Under the pieces are notes generated by a model, which worked only from the letters and a program-made list of their open reading frames with translations, was not told the origin of the DNA and did not search any database. DNA of 63,857 bases, the filler included, from Reticulomyxa filosa (Eukaryota > Protista > Foraminifera): NCBI GenBank assembly GCA_000512085.1. It is 21 parts of 21 records of this genome, joined end to end, with 100 filler letters (N's around TTAATTAATTAA, not from the genome) between each part and the next. Parts side by side here need not be neighbours in the genome. Positions count along the whole stretch, not along the records: positions 46,945 to 55,507 come from ASPP01023531.1; positions 55,608 to 56,985 come from ASPP01029270.1; positions 57,086 to 58,573 come from ASPP01022977.1; positions 58,674 to 60,645 come from ASPP01008085.1; positions 60,746 to 62,180 come from ASPP01002558.1; 16 more parts are not named here. The stretch is one strand, 5' to 3'. A program made the translations under genes and the position numbers. Shown here piece by piece: positions 51,244 to 62,280 of the stretch. Each line of letters begins with the position of its first letter. The first letter of the stretch is position 1.

Positions 51244-54200
51244 TCATGCCTTTAATGCTTGTTCGATGTTTTCGGAAGTCAATTCGTGGAATTCACTTTT
51301 ACAATCCCGTTCAATAAGATCAAATAGTGAGATCTTATTCTTTAGGACCAAAGAGATCACATGCACAGGAGCACTAGTCACACCAGTGCAAGCCATACGT
51401 TTCGAATATTGATGTGGATAATCCAAGGTATAATTTATTATCACATGGGCTTGTGTTTTCCACAATTCGTGCGTCTGTTCCCGTCATTGATACAACATTG
51501 TTGATTTGTTTAATTTCTTGAGTTTTATTGTTTAAACAAAGAGATAAAAAAAAAGCTTTAACTGGAGCTCTCTCACTGCAGATGAGGTATTCAAGCTTTC
51601 CTGAAACAAAGTTTGCAATTAATTGACTTGATTCTCTGGAAAATGATCGATCGTGTAGTATTTGAACACGGAACTTACCACGCAAACTCTCATACAATTC
51701 AAGAGCCTTGTTATTGTCGATGCATTGTGTTGTGTTGTGTTGTGTTGTGAAATAATAAAAATCAAGCCTTTATTTATTTATTTTTAGAAAAAAGATTAGC
51801 AAAAGAATGTAAAATGCACATACCTCGGAAGAGCCGCACCAAATCAAACCAGACTTGTGTGGATTCAGTTGACAAATCAAGGCAAGTATTTCCTTTTTGT
51901 CATCTAGAGGCTTCAAAGGAACAAACCAATGCGAAAACTTTTGTCCTTGTCGGAAATCAACAACAGTTGGCGATGACACAATGACGTTAGCTGTTTGACT
52001 CACTGATTGACACCACGAATTCGAAAACAATGCACACGCAATTCCTTCTGGAATTTTTTGAAACGCAGTTTTGGTGAAGTTTGCATCCTCTCCCAATAGT
52101 CCATCGCAGCCCAATAAGTATACCGCCACTATGTTTGGGATTAGATCTCTCTCTCCTTTGTCCAGCAGCATTCGTATCGGACGTGGTTTTCCTGTAATAA
52201 AACAAAACAAAAAAAAATTCATGTTTTAAATTTTTTAAAAAAATGAAGATGGATATGATACATATACATATATGCCATATATGTACATATATGTAATGTT
52301 GCATTATAAATGAACAATATGTAATATATACTTAACCAATGAAAACATTTCGACCACGCGAAAAGCCGTCTCGGTAGTTATCAACTTTTCGCTCGTCAAG
52401 CACTCGAACTTTCAAATCAGGGGTTTGCTGGCCAATCTTTTCGAGTAATTGATAGATATAACTGCAGTGATCATCATTGGAACATATGACAATGACATGC
52501 GCAGGGTCTTTTCTCACATATAGTCGGTACAAAGCTGCAATCACCAACAGCGTGGATTTGCCGCTACCAGCAGGTGACAATATAATTGCATCTTTTCCCA
52601 AAGTCAGCAATGGCAATGCTTCCTCTTGCATCTTGTGCCACTTTTCAATGCCTTGTGCCTGCAGTCCCGAGACCAAAAATGCGGACAATTTTTTTGATAT
52701 CTGTGATTGCTTCTGCGGGATACGACATGCCTGCATGTTCGGATATTGGTCCCCAGAATTTGCTGCTTTGACTTTCATCTCGGCCCCTGTTATCTCGGTC
52801 CCTGTTATCTCTACGGCCTCCCCAAGAAGAACCAGTATCTTTGTCTCCCTCTCGAGGGGTTCTCCTTCGGTCTGAGTCTCTTCCAAATCTTCCTTCCGAT
52901 CCTCTTCCTCTTCTTCCAAAGCCTTTTTCACGACTGTCTTTTTCGTCTTCAAATCTCTCTCGACCACTCGTCTGTCGTCCGTCGCGAGAGCCACGCAAGC
53001 TGTCATTGCCTCGGCCTCGGGGTGCCCCTTCCACAAACAGTGTACGACGACCCCCACCTGTGGGGACACCGTTCACATCTCTTGTACGTAAAGGCGACTC
53101 ACGTGACGTCGTTTCCGCCAGTCTGCGGCTTGGCTGGTAGTAATTCTTGCGCGCCGCGTTGGAAATTGCGTCTTTCAGCAACTGTTCCACTTTGCTCTCC
53201 GATGTTCTTATAGACAAAAAGTGGAAGAATTTGATCCAATCCGAGCATTTGACAATGTTCAAGCACGCATTCTATTGATATCCCAATATGGAATACATCA
53301 TTTCCAATACAATAATTACAAAAAAAAAAAAAATATGAACCATACAAAGTCTCAATTTGATTTTCTTTCAAAGAAGATTCTCTCTCTCTCTCTCACACCT
53401 GCAAAAGGGATGGCGCCTTGCCGGTAAATCCTCCATAATTGTGATTGTAGTTTTCCAAGGTTTTGTGGATGACAACCTCCGGAGGACGGCCAAATTCGTG
53501 CAAAAATGTGTATTGCAGCATCACACGGATACGCGACTTTTCGGTGGCGCCAAAGGTCAGATCCAGGCGCTCTTTCGTGGACAATTGCAAGTCTTCCAGC
53601 TGCTTGTGCGTGGCAACGCAGGTGGCAGCGTCTCGACAAAAGAGCTCTTCAAAGAATGGCTTGCTCACCGAATGCCAGTCGTACGAAGGCGTCAACAACA
53701 AGTGCATCAACACTTTGCCCAAATTCGGCAGATTTTCACGGTCGCGTGCCTCGCTGTCGCTTGCGGTGAAAACACGGATTTGTGCCTCTGCAAATTGGGT
53801 CATCTGAGGAACCTTTGAGTGCAAAAATAATAACAAATGGTGTAAGCAAGACCAAACCGAGAGTGAGTGAAGCAGTTGCTCCCTTGGCGGAATTTTGTCT
53901 CCTGAAAAATGATTGCTCAGTGCTTCCACATTTCTGTTTTGTGTATATGTATGATATAAATACACAACAAACAAGACACGTCATCATAAGTATTTCAAAG
54001 TGTCTAATTTTCTTTGGATTTTTTTTTTTTTTTGGTAAACAAAAATGAATTAAATAAAAATGAGCTAGGAATATAAATTCATTCGGACAACTCAACGCAT
54101 TAAGCAGTTCACAAATCGTTTCCAGGGCGGCCTTTGGTGTAAAGGTCCCCTCTGGTGCTAACAAGGCAAGATACTTTTCGATTTCTGGAAGTGCATTGTT

Positions 54201-55507
54201 GCCGTGAGTGGTGTTAATGACTAAAGGCAGAAAATGAGTAAACTCCTCCTTGGTGGAATCGACTCGAATGTTGAGTTTTGCCCACGATGGCAAGGAAATG
54301 TAATCTGACGAAACACGGAACTTTGAAATTTGCCGTTTTTTGAACTATCGGTAGTGTCCTTTTTTTTGGAGGATCTTGCTTTAAATTCAACCTGAAGCAT
54401 CATTCCTATTATGTCTTGCGAAAATGTTTTTTTGGAGTGATAGCATTTCAATCGATTCGAACGAATTATTGCTCCCTTTTTCAGGATGAAATTCCAAAGG
54501 TCACAGACACGATCTATAATGGGTAAAGTGTTATGTATGTGCGTTACAATCCTCATGCCTCTTTTGATCTTTTTTTTTTTTTTTTTAAAGTGATGTCTTT
54601 GGGCCAGAATTAAGTTAGGTTATTTACAATAACAACAACAACAGAACAAAACACATACGGCATTGGGCTAATTCTTGTGTCGTCAAGTGTTCGAATATTT
54701 TCAAGACATAATTATGGAGACGATTGACGTGAGCATCTTTGGACGGAATACCATATTTAAACAACACGTTCCATTCCACTCCTCCACAAATGTCCCACAA
54801 ATACTGTTCTTTATTTTGCGTGGAATACTCTTCAATAGTCAAATAGTTGTCCAATTGTGGCACGGGATGTTTTAAGTTGCTAAAGTTCAATTTCACGTGT
54901 CCCGACTATTAATGTGCATTTTGTATTTTATATTTATATGCGTTGTGTATATAATAAATATTATTCCACTTTGCACTTTGCATCTCACAATGTGTTTTCC
55001 CTCACATACACACACTCTCTTTCTCTGATCCTTTGCCCTTTGTATATTCAAATAACATAACATGCACATATCATATAAGCGACTGTTCATTTGTGCATGT
55101 AGCAAAGTAAGTAGTTCATACCGCAAGTCCAACAATAGGAATCAACACTTCGTCTCGAAAGGACGGAGGCATCGGATGAGATGTACTTTCGGCACCATTA
55201 ACAAAAAATCGCAAGACCCCATCATCGAAATCGGCCGCACAAACCACGTAATCTCCGTCAGCAAAGCCCTGAGGAAATTCGTGAGTAAACACCAACTCGT
55301 AAGGTCGTTTGTGAATTAATAGCGCCGTCACCGAGTCTGCCGAGTACCGATTTCCCAGCGCCATAAACTCGCACTCACCACTAATGCGTTCATAAGTACT
55401 TTTCACGCACCATCCCACACGCACACCTGTCAAACTATTTGCAGATAAGTTAATTTTCACTATTTCTGCTTCAAAATACACTCTCGCGAAACTACATTCT
55501 ATTTTCC
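51244..55507 (-). CDS. Multidomain gene: SPRY - F-box - uncharacterised helical domain - RGG-rich linker - degenerate DEAD-box helicase fold; 5' truncated
   Basis: Phase-compatible GT-AG introns join the exons, e.g. GLA|SGHVKLNF, AQC|HRVCDLW, LLQ|NACLNIV (intron 53272-53398), FI|GKPRP (intron 52192-52336), ERAP|THELW. One frameshift at a T7 run (52689-52695) and one frameshift or 47-nt intron near 54340 must be assumed. Confidence 0.7.
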
Positions 55508-57614
55508 NNNNNNNNNNNNNNNNNNNNNNNNNNNNNNNNNNNNNNNNNNNNTTAATTAATTAANNNNNNNNNNNNNNNNNNNNNNNNNNNNNNNNNNNNN
55601 NNNNNNNACAAACTCAAAGTCGGTGCTTGGTACGCTGAGCCTGGCAAATGCGTTTTTCATTGCATCACCTTGTTTGCTTTGTTTGTTCATCTGTTTTTAA
55701 ATGACCACTTGAACGGAACTCAGTTGAAACAAACTAACTTTCTTGAAACTGTGTTAGGATTAATTTTATAATAATAGGCTGTTTTCTTTTTTTTTTTGCT
55801 TTGTATATGCACAATTATTATTTGTTCGCAGATTATTCAAATTAAATTGTTGTCTTTCATTGAACATACTCTTATCTAGAGTTTGAATAAAAAACTGCTT
55901 TCATTAAATTCTATTCTCTTTCTATTTCTGGGGAAAATAACCTTTTGCGGACGTAATGATCATCCAAAATTTCATACATCACTTTTTTTCTTTTTTTTTT
56001 AAAGAGAAGACAATAAAATTTTTTTATTCTTAAAAATACATTTGTGTTGCGATAGAAGTATCAGATGATTTTTTTTCTAATCAAAGTGTTAGAAATATGG
56101 ATATATAATAATATATAAATGTGGGAAAACATTAAAATAAAACTCAAGTTGAAACTGTGCTTATACAAACGTGTTAGTAATATTGCACGACAAAAAAAAA
56201 CAAATAGAATTATTAAAAAAATAATCATTCATTCAAAAGTTTGTGTCAATTTTTTTGTTCTCACTTGTATTCTACTGACACAACTTTTCTCAATATAATT
56301 ATTAGTTCGAGCTATTCGTCCTATAATAATAATTATAACGATACAATATAAGTTATTATTATTTGACATTAATTTGTAAAAAAAATATACAGTTAAGTAT
56401 TGTTAAAACAATTACTTCAATTATTTGGTATTACTGTTCTATCAGTGGCAATAATACCAAGTATAATGCCACCATCACAAATATTCATGATCTGTAGAAT
56501 ATTTTACAACAGGACAATCAACAACAAAAAAATGTCCGTTTCATAATATAGACAAAGTATCTGACGATTTCCAATGCACAATATATTGCTGTCTCTGTTA
56601 AAACATTCCTCGATTTTTCTCAGACAAGTCTTTTTTGGTTTGATTTTTCAGTTTCGCCAAAGACTTATAGTTTGTTTTTGTGTTTGTTTTTTTTAACAGT
56701 CCTTTACTTTGAATCGATCCAAATATAGTCGCAGCATCTTGTGCTAGTTGAGATGCGGATGCATTGTTGAACTTGGAAACTGTATTTCGATTGCTTAAAA
56801 GTGACTTTCAATTGGACAATATCTACCGCTGCAAAAGTGAGTGCAGTTGATGGTGGGAGACACAATAACTTGGCAAAGTCATTATCTTCGTTTGGATCAA
56901 TTGGAAGATTGCAGACAACAAATTTCTGCTCTTTGATGATTTCATGCAAGTCCCCATGGAATGATAGACTAAACACATCACTGAGNNNNNNNNNNNNNNN
57001 NNNNNNNNNNNNNNNNNNNNNNNNNNNNNTTAATTAATTAANNNNNNNNNNNNNNNNNNNNNNNNNNNNNNNNNNNNNNNNNNNNTAGTTCCTTGGCTTG
57101 CAAGAAATTAAAAAAATGCTCGCTTATGCTTTGAAGACAGCCAAAACGATCCCATGATGACAAATAAAAAAAAAAAAAAGTGAACCAGGGCATATTTCAG
57201 TGGGCTTTTGGAATCGACAGTATTTTTTATTGTCTATTTGATTTTGCTATGCTATTGAGTTGATGATTATACTTTCCTTTTTCCTTTTTGGTGTTTGATT
57301 TTCAAAAAAAGGTTAAAAACCACTGACTTTTAGTATTTAATGGAAAAACTTAACACTTGTTCATCATATAGCATTTTTTTTACGTTTTGTACAAACAGCT
57401 TATGAATTCTTTGCAATTGTGTTTGTGCCTTTTTTTTTTTAGTCCATTTGCGATTCAATATGGACATTGCAAAAAAAAGTAGTTTTCAATTTTAAAACAT
57501 AAAAAAAAGAGTCAATAAATTTGGTATTGAAAATACATACATTTTTTAAAAGCTGAATTTATAAACTCTAGTCCAATTTTTTTAAAATTTGTCTTTTTTT
57601 GCAATTTCACAAGA

Positions 57615-57735
57615 TGCACATCAAAAAAAAAACAAGGTATAAAAATCCGGAAAGAGACGAAAGCAATCCATCAAAGAAGGCCTTTGATGAGTTTGTTTGA
57701 CTTCTTTCCATCACAGATACATTGTTTGACATGCA
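57615..57735 (-). promoter_or_regulatory. Candidate eukaryotic SECIS element in the deiodinase 3'UTR
   Basis: mRNA fold by hand: helix I AAACAA-U-GUAU/AUAC-C-UUGUUU; core GUGAU (57714-57710)/GGAU (57648-57645); helix II GGAAAGA/UCUUUCC; AAA 11 nt after the core; apical stem CAUCAAAG/CUUUGAUG. Confidence 0.75.
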
Positions 57736-57769
57736 AGATCCAGAGAATGCAAGAAAAGAAAGCTTCTTT

Positions 57770-58573
57770 CTAATAATAATAATAAGAAGAAGAAGAAGAA
57801 AAAGTGCGTGTTAAGTGCAAAGACAAATCGCTGAGATCATAATATCCAGGCGATTTGGGTTGCAAAATGAATTGAATGACATCATTTTGAAAAACGAAGG
57901 CACGCAGAGGCCACGCAGCATACGTGGTTTGAAAGAGATTGTCCATCGTGTCAACATAAACAGGTATGTTGAGTTTGTATTGTCGCGTAAGGGACAGCGC
58001 AACATGACAGCGTTGTTGCAAGGTTTGATGCTGTTTGATGCGCAATTGCGACGCGGTGCGAATTGGCCATTCGTCATCGGCATGTGCTTCCAAAATGTAC
58101 ACACAAAAGAAGTCGCATGCATGGCCAAAGGCATCCGCCAAGGCGTTCAAATACCCGACGTTGACACGAAATGGGGGTCAGGTCACACTCCCACTGATTA
58201 CGACTTTGGCTTTTTCATTGTTATCGCTTCCAAGAATGCGACGCAAAGTCGTCTCTTGTCCGTGGCACGTCATCAATGTGACATCTTGCCAGGGGTCCCC
58301 TACGTGCAATGCTCCCACACATGCTCGGTTGTACTTGCGATAAAACGTCGCATTTGCTATTTCGACATCGTTTGGATATAAGCTTTCAGCCGCCCGCAAA
58401 TAGTCCATCGCATATGCAACTTCCTCTTCGCTTTCGTATCCAAACTCTTTTACCACTTTGCTTTGCCATTTCGTAATGCTACACGGTACGTATACGTCAC
58501 TCTTCGCCTTCGTCGTTGCCGTTGCCGTTGTCCATAACGACGTAGCACTATTATTATTATTACTATTATTATT
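57770..58573 (-). CDS. Iodothyronine deiodinase-like selenoprotein (Sec UGA at 58178-58180), 5' truncated
   Basis: ORFs 58178-58456 and 57770-58150 are in the same frame with one TGA between them: VVISGSVT-U-PPF...DFFCVYILEAHADDEW...HQTLQQR...VDTMDN...YAAWPLRAFV, matching deiodinase GSCT-U-PPF, YIEEAH..DGW, DTM.N..Y.A..ER. Confidence 0.93.
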
Positions 58574-58673
58574 NNNNNNNNNNNNNNNNNNNNNNNNNNN
58601 NNNNNNNNNNNNNNNNNTTAATTAATTAANNNNNNNNNNNNNNNNNNNNNNNNNNNNNNNNNNNNNNNNNNNN

Positions 58674-58950
58674 TCCGGTTTTAATGCTTGACAATGTCCG
58701 CACCTTTTTCAAATACAATCAATTAAACAAATACTTTTTAAAAGTTGTTATTGTTGTTGTTGTTGTTGTTGTTAGCTCTTACAAACCATGGCGCATAAAA
58801 TTCCATGACCGACACGTCATACTCCCCTGCCCCCACCAACTCGTCAAAATTATCTGCGTCTACTTCCAACACTCCAGATGAACCGCCATAAAATGAGCCT
58901 TTTACTGCCCCGACCCAAGCTAATAACCAGAAACACAACAACATCTTCAT
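58674..58950 (-). CDS. Protein disulfide isomerase (PDIA6/P5-like) N-terminus; intron 58704-58786; 3' truncated
   Basis: Signal peptide, then VLEVDADNFDELV...MEFYAPW; splicing TG|gt...ag|G restores WCGHCQALKP. Confidence 0.92.
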
Positions 58951-59632
58951 CGCTTTTTTAAAGTTGAAAGAAAGGCTGTCTTAAAAAAAAAACCTACTCC
59001 CCCTTTTTCTTTTTTTTTACAGTACTAAAACTGTGTTGTAAACGAAAAACGTGACGTCTGTCCATTTGTAAGTGAGAGTTTCAGTACGATTTATTGTTCA
59101 CGTTTCTGAGGCTGTAACACTTCGATGAGAAATAAAAAAAGTAGCCAAATTATAGTTGTCAATCAAACACCATTTTTCCTGGTAGATTTATACTTTCGCT
59201 AGTTTAAAAAGTTTCGGTGACTGTACGATTATTACGGAGGATCATGACAAACAAAGCATGACACCTGAGGAATTATTATTGCAGTGTTCATGCTACAACA
59301 ACCAAAAAGTACTCAAAAGAGGAAAGAAAAAATCGAAAATCACGCATTGAGACCCTTCATGTCATTTGAGTATAAACTTATAATTTTTGTGAATAACAGT
59401 AAGATCATTTCAGTAATGATTTTTTCTCCCTTTTTGTTTATTCCAAATTCTGCAACAGTTCTTCAACAGGTATCGAAGAGAAGAGCAGCTCAGAAAAGGC
59501 AAGAGCGCCATCCCAACAAAGACTGTATTATGCGGTTTTGGCAATGGTATCTGCGTCATTTTTATCAACATTTGTAAGATTTGTCGAACCGTTCATCGTT
59601 TCGTTGTTAGGGCTGTTTTATGGGTTTCACAT

Positions 59633-60529
59633 TTAAAATCGTATATTGATAACATAAAAAAAAAAAAAAAAAATAGTGCATAACTGGTGTCCGATGCGCA
59701 ATTCCAAATTGAAATCTGAGGTTGACACATGATAGTTGAAATTATCACTGCTATTGTCATTATTGTTGTCATTATTATTGTTACTATTGTTATCAGTGTT
59801 TGTGATAATATTATTATTGTTATTGTTATTATTATCATTATTATTGTTATTATTATTATTGTTATTGTTATTGCTCATGTGATCATTATTATTATTACTA
59901 TCATTGTTATTATTATTATTATTATTACTATTGTTGATAGTAGTGGTATTATAATTATTGACGCTTTTACTGGTTTCGTGTATTTCCAAAGCCAATTCTT
60001 TTTGTATTTCGGCTATGTCTTGTGCGGAGGAAAGTGGCTTTTGCGGCAATGCTTTGTTATTTGGCTCATTAAAGATGAATGGCCGATCCGACTTTTGTCC
60101 CGCCAAATGTAGTGAGTCCGAGGATTGACCAAGGGTGTGGACATTGTTGGTAGAAGTGGCTTTATTTCGAAGAATTCGGTTTTTTTCCAGTCTGGTGCGA
60201 TCGACCACCTCTTCGTCATAAATACGTACTCGCTGTCTCTTCTTTATTGCGGCGGCTTGGTTATGAGCAGGCTTGGCTTTGGGGAACGTTGCTACGGGAT
60301 CGTCCACCTTCGATCGTTGCAACAAGTGTTTCAAGTCTTTTCTAGCATAATACGACGCATTCATAGTGGTCGTTTGTTTTTTCACTGGTTTTTTTTCGTT
60401 CTTATACACAAAGATATTCCGATCTGAATAATTTTCTTCCGTCACTTTTTGGAGAATAAATTGTTGGTGATCGGAATTACTCACATACGCCCGATTGATC
60501 TCTTCCAACACATCATTTTCATTCAACAC
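59633..60529 (-). CDS. Unknown protein exon with a long poly-Asn tract
   Basis: 298-aa ORF; AAT/AAC microsatellite at about 59760-59940. Confidence 0.55.
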   Translation of the reverse strand: MLNENDVLEEINRAYVSNSDHQQFILQKVTEENYSDRNIFVYKNEKKPVKKQTTTMNASYYARKDLKHLLQRSKVDDPVATFPKAKPAHNQAAAIKKRQRVRIYDEEVVDRTRLEKNRILRNKATSTNNVHTLGQSSDSLHLAGQKSDRPFIFNEPNNKALPQKPLSSAQDIAEIQKELALEIHETSKSVNNYNTTTINNSNNNNNNNNDSNNNNDHMSNNNNNNNNNNNNDNNNNNNNNIITNTDNNSNNNNDNNNDNSSDNFNYHVSTSDFNLELRIGHQLCTIFFFFFYVINIRF

Positions 60530-60604
60530 ATAAAATTCGCATGGTTCTTCACATTTTATTGTAAATTGAGCTTTATTCGATCCTGTGTCCCTCGCCTGTC
60601 GAAA

Positions 60605-60645
<41 letters not shown>

Positions 60646-62280
60646 NNNNNNNNNNNNNNNNNNNNNNNNNNNNNNNNNNNNNNNNNNNNTTAATTAATTA
60701 ANNNNNNNNNNNNNNNNNNNNNNNNNNNNNNNNNNNNNNNNNNNNTTTGTTAGTCAACAAAAGCCACTCTTTCTTGAAGCATTCAGAAACGGGAAATGTT
60801 TCTTTTTGACTTTCCAACTTTTTCTCTTCACTTTCGACATTCAAATGCAACATTTCTTTTCTTAATGAAGTTGTAGTTTTTTTTTGAAAAGACTCCGGCT
60901 CAGTCTAAAAGGGGCTAAACACAAAAGTCGAGGAATTACAGGCATATTTATTATTTTTGGTATTACTTGAATCATCAATTCCAATAGTAATGATTTAAAC
61001 AGAACGATAAAAACATAATTGAATAAGATAGGCAGATTTTTCTTGAAATGTTATTCAAAATATTGATAAGTTTTTATTTTATTTGTGCCTTTTTTGAATT
61101 GTTGTTATTGGAATAATCTTTTAAACAAATTTGTTTAATTGCCTTATCCCAGTTTTAATAAATGCTTGTGATATATACATGTCTTTTTCCAACTAAATTA
61201 AAAAACTTCACTTTTATAATCAATGTGATTACCACATCTTTATCCATACAGAAACTTTTTTTGCAATAATCTTGTAAATTAATTCCCGATTTCATTTCTT
61301 CAACTTATCCACTTTCTTTAATCTTTTTTGAAGAATACATTAAATCTGCTTTCTTCTTTTTCTAATGAATATAATATACACTCTTGATTTAATTCATCAA
61401 TTTGGATATATTTTTCAAATGACAAGAGATACTTTGCCATTGTTATCACCACATAATCTCGGTGTTCTACTTTCTTTATCCATAGCAGACTTATTGTGTA
61501 ATAGATTAACTGGTTGTTAAATTTATTGTATGTCTTTTGTAATTGGGTCAGTCAAAAAAAAATGTGTGTTTAATATAAAATACATTCTATCTTTATAATC
61601 AAAAGTAATGAATTGTTATTTAAAATAAAAATTCAAACGTTGCTAGAATATTAACGAAAATAACATTCATTGAAATTTACTTTATTTAACTCATCAGCTT
61701 CAATATCATTTATGACAAATGATGAATACTCAGTATCTGTATGTCCATAGAAATACTTCATATACAAATAATTTTATCCCACGATTCAGAACAAATTGTA
61801 TATCCACTAATGTTATCCATACACAAACGTTTTCCAGAACAAATGAACTTGTAAATAATTAACACTGTTTTTACACCACTCTTAGCTTTAAAATAATTGA
61901 AAATATATTATTCTTTTAAATAAAAAAAATAAAATAAATTCATTTAAAGTTGTTTTTTTTATAGAAAATTACAGGACCTTCGTTTGAAGCTCATCGTCAA
62001 AACCCTTTTCAAACTAAAGTTTTTAGAGTGAAAAAAAAAAAAACTTGCTAGAATATTTCTAAAATTAGACTAATGTTGTTAATTGAAGCAAAAGAAAGAG
62101 AAGAAGAAAGTAAAGAAAACAAAAGGACAATCTTTTCCTTTTCTGATTGTCACAGTAAAGATTGGGTTTCGTTGACAAATNNNNNNNNNNNNNNNNNNNN
62201 NNNNNNNNNNNNNNNNNNNNNNNNTTAATTAATTAANNNNNNNNNNNNNNNNNNNNNNNNNNNNNNNNNNNNNNNNNNNN

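Noticed and set aside
58178-58180. UGA as a pseudogene stop or genome-wide codon reassignment
   Set aside because: It is the only lesion, sits at the catalytic column and has a SECIS candidate downstream. TGA is a normal terminator elsewhere (e.g. tubulin at 27244-27246).
58738-58800. PDI apparently lacking its CxxC (FYAPWFVRANNN)
   Set aside because: An 83-nt intron splits the Trp codon; splicing restores WCGHC.
57086-58950. Deiodinase next to PDI as a redox gene cluster
   Set aside because: They are on different contigs separated by a spacer, so adjacency is an artefact. The same applies to 7TM, G-beta and RasGEF co-occurrence.
5733-62280. Recurring TTAATTAATTAA flanked by Ns as a CRISPR-like or biological repeat
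   Set aside because: It is an artificial six-frame-stop linker of constant length between contigs.
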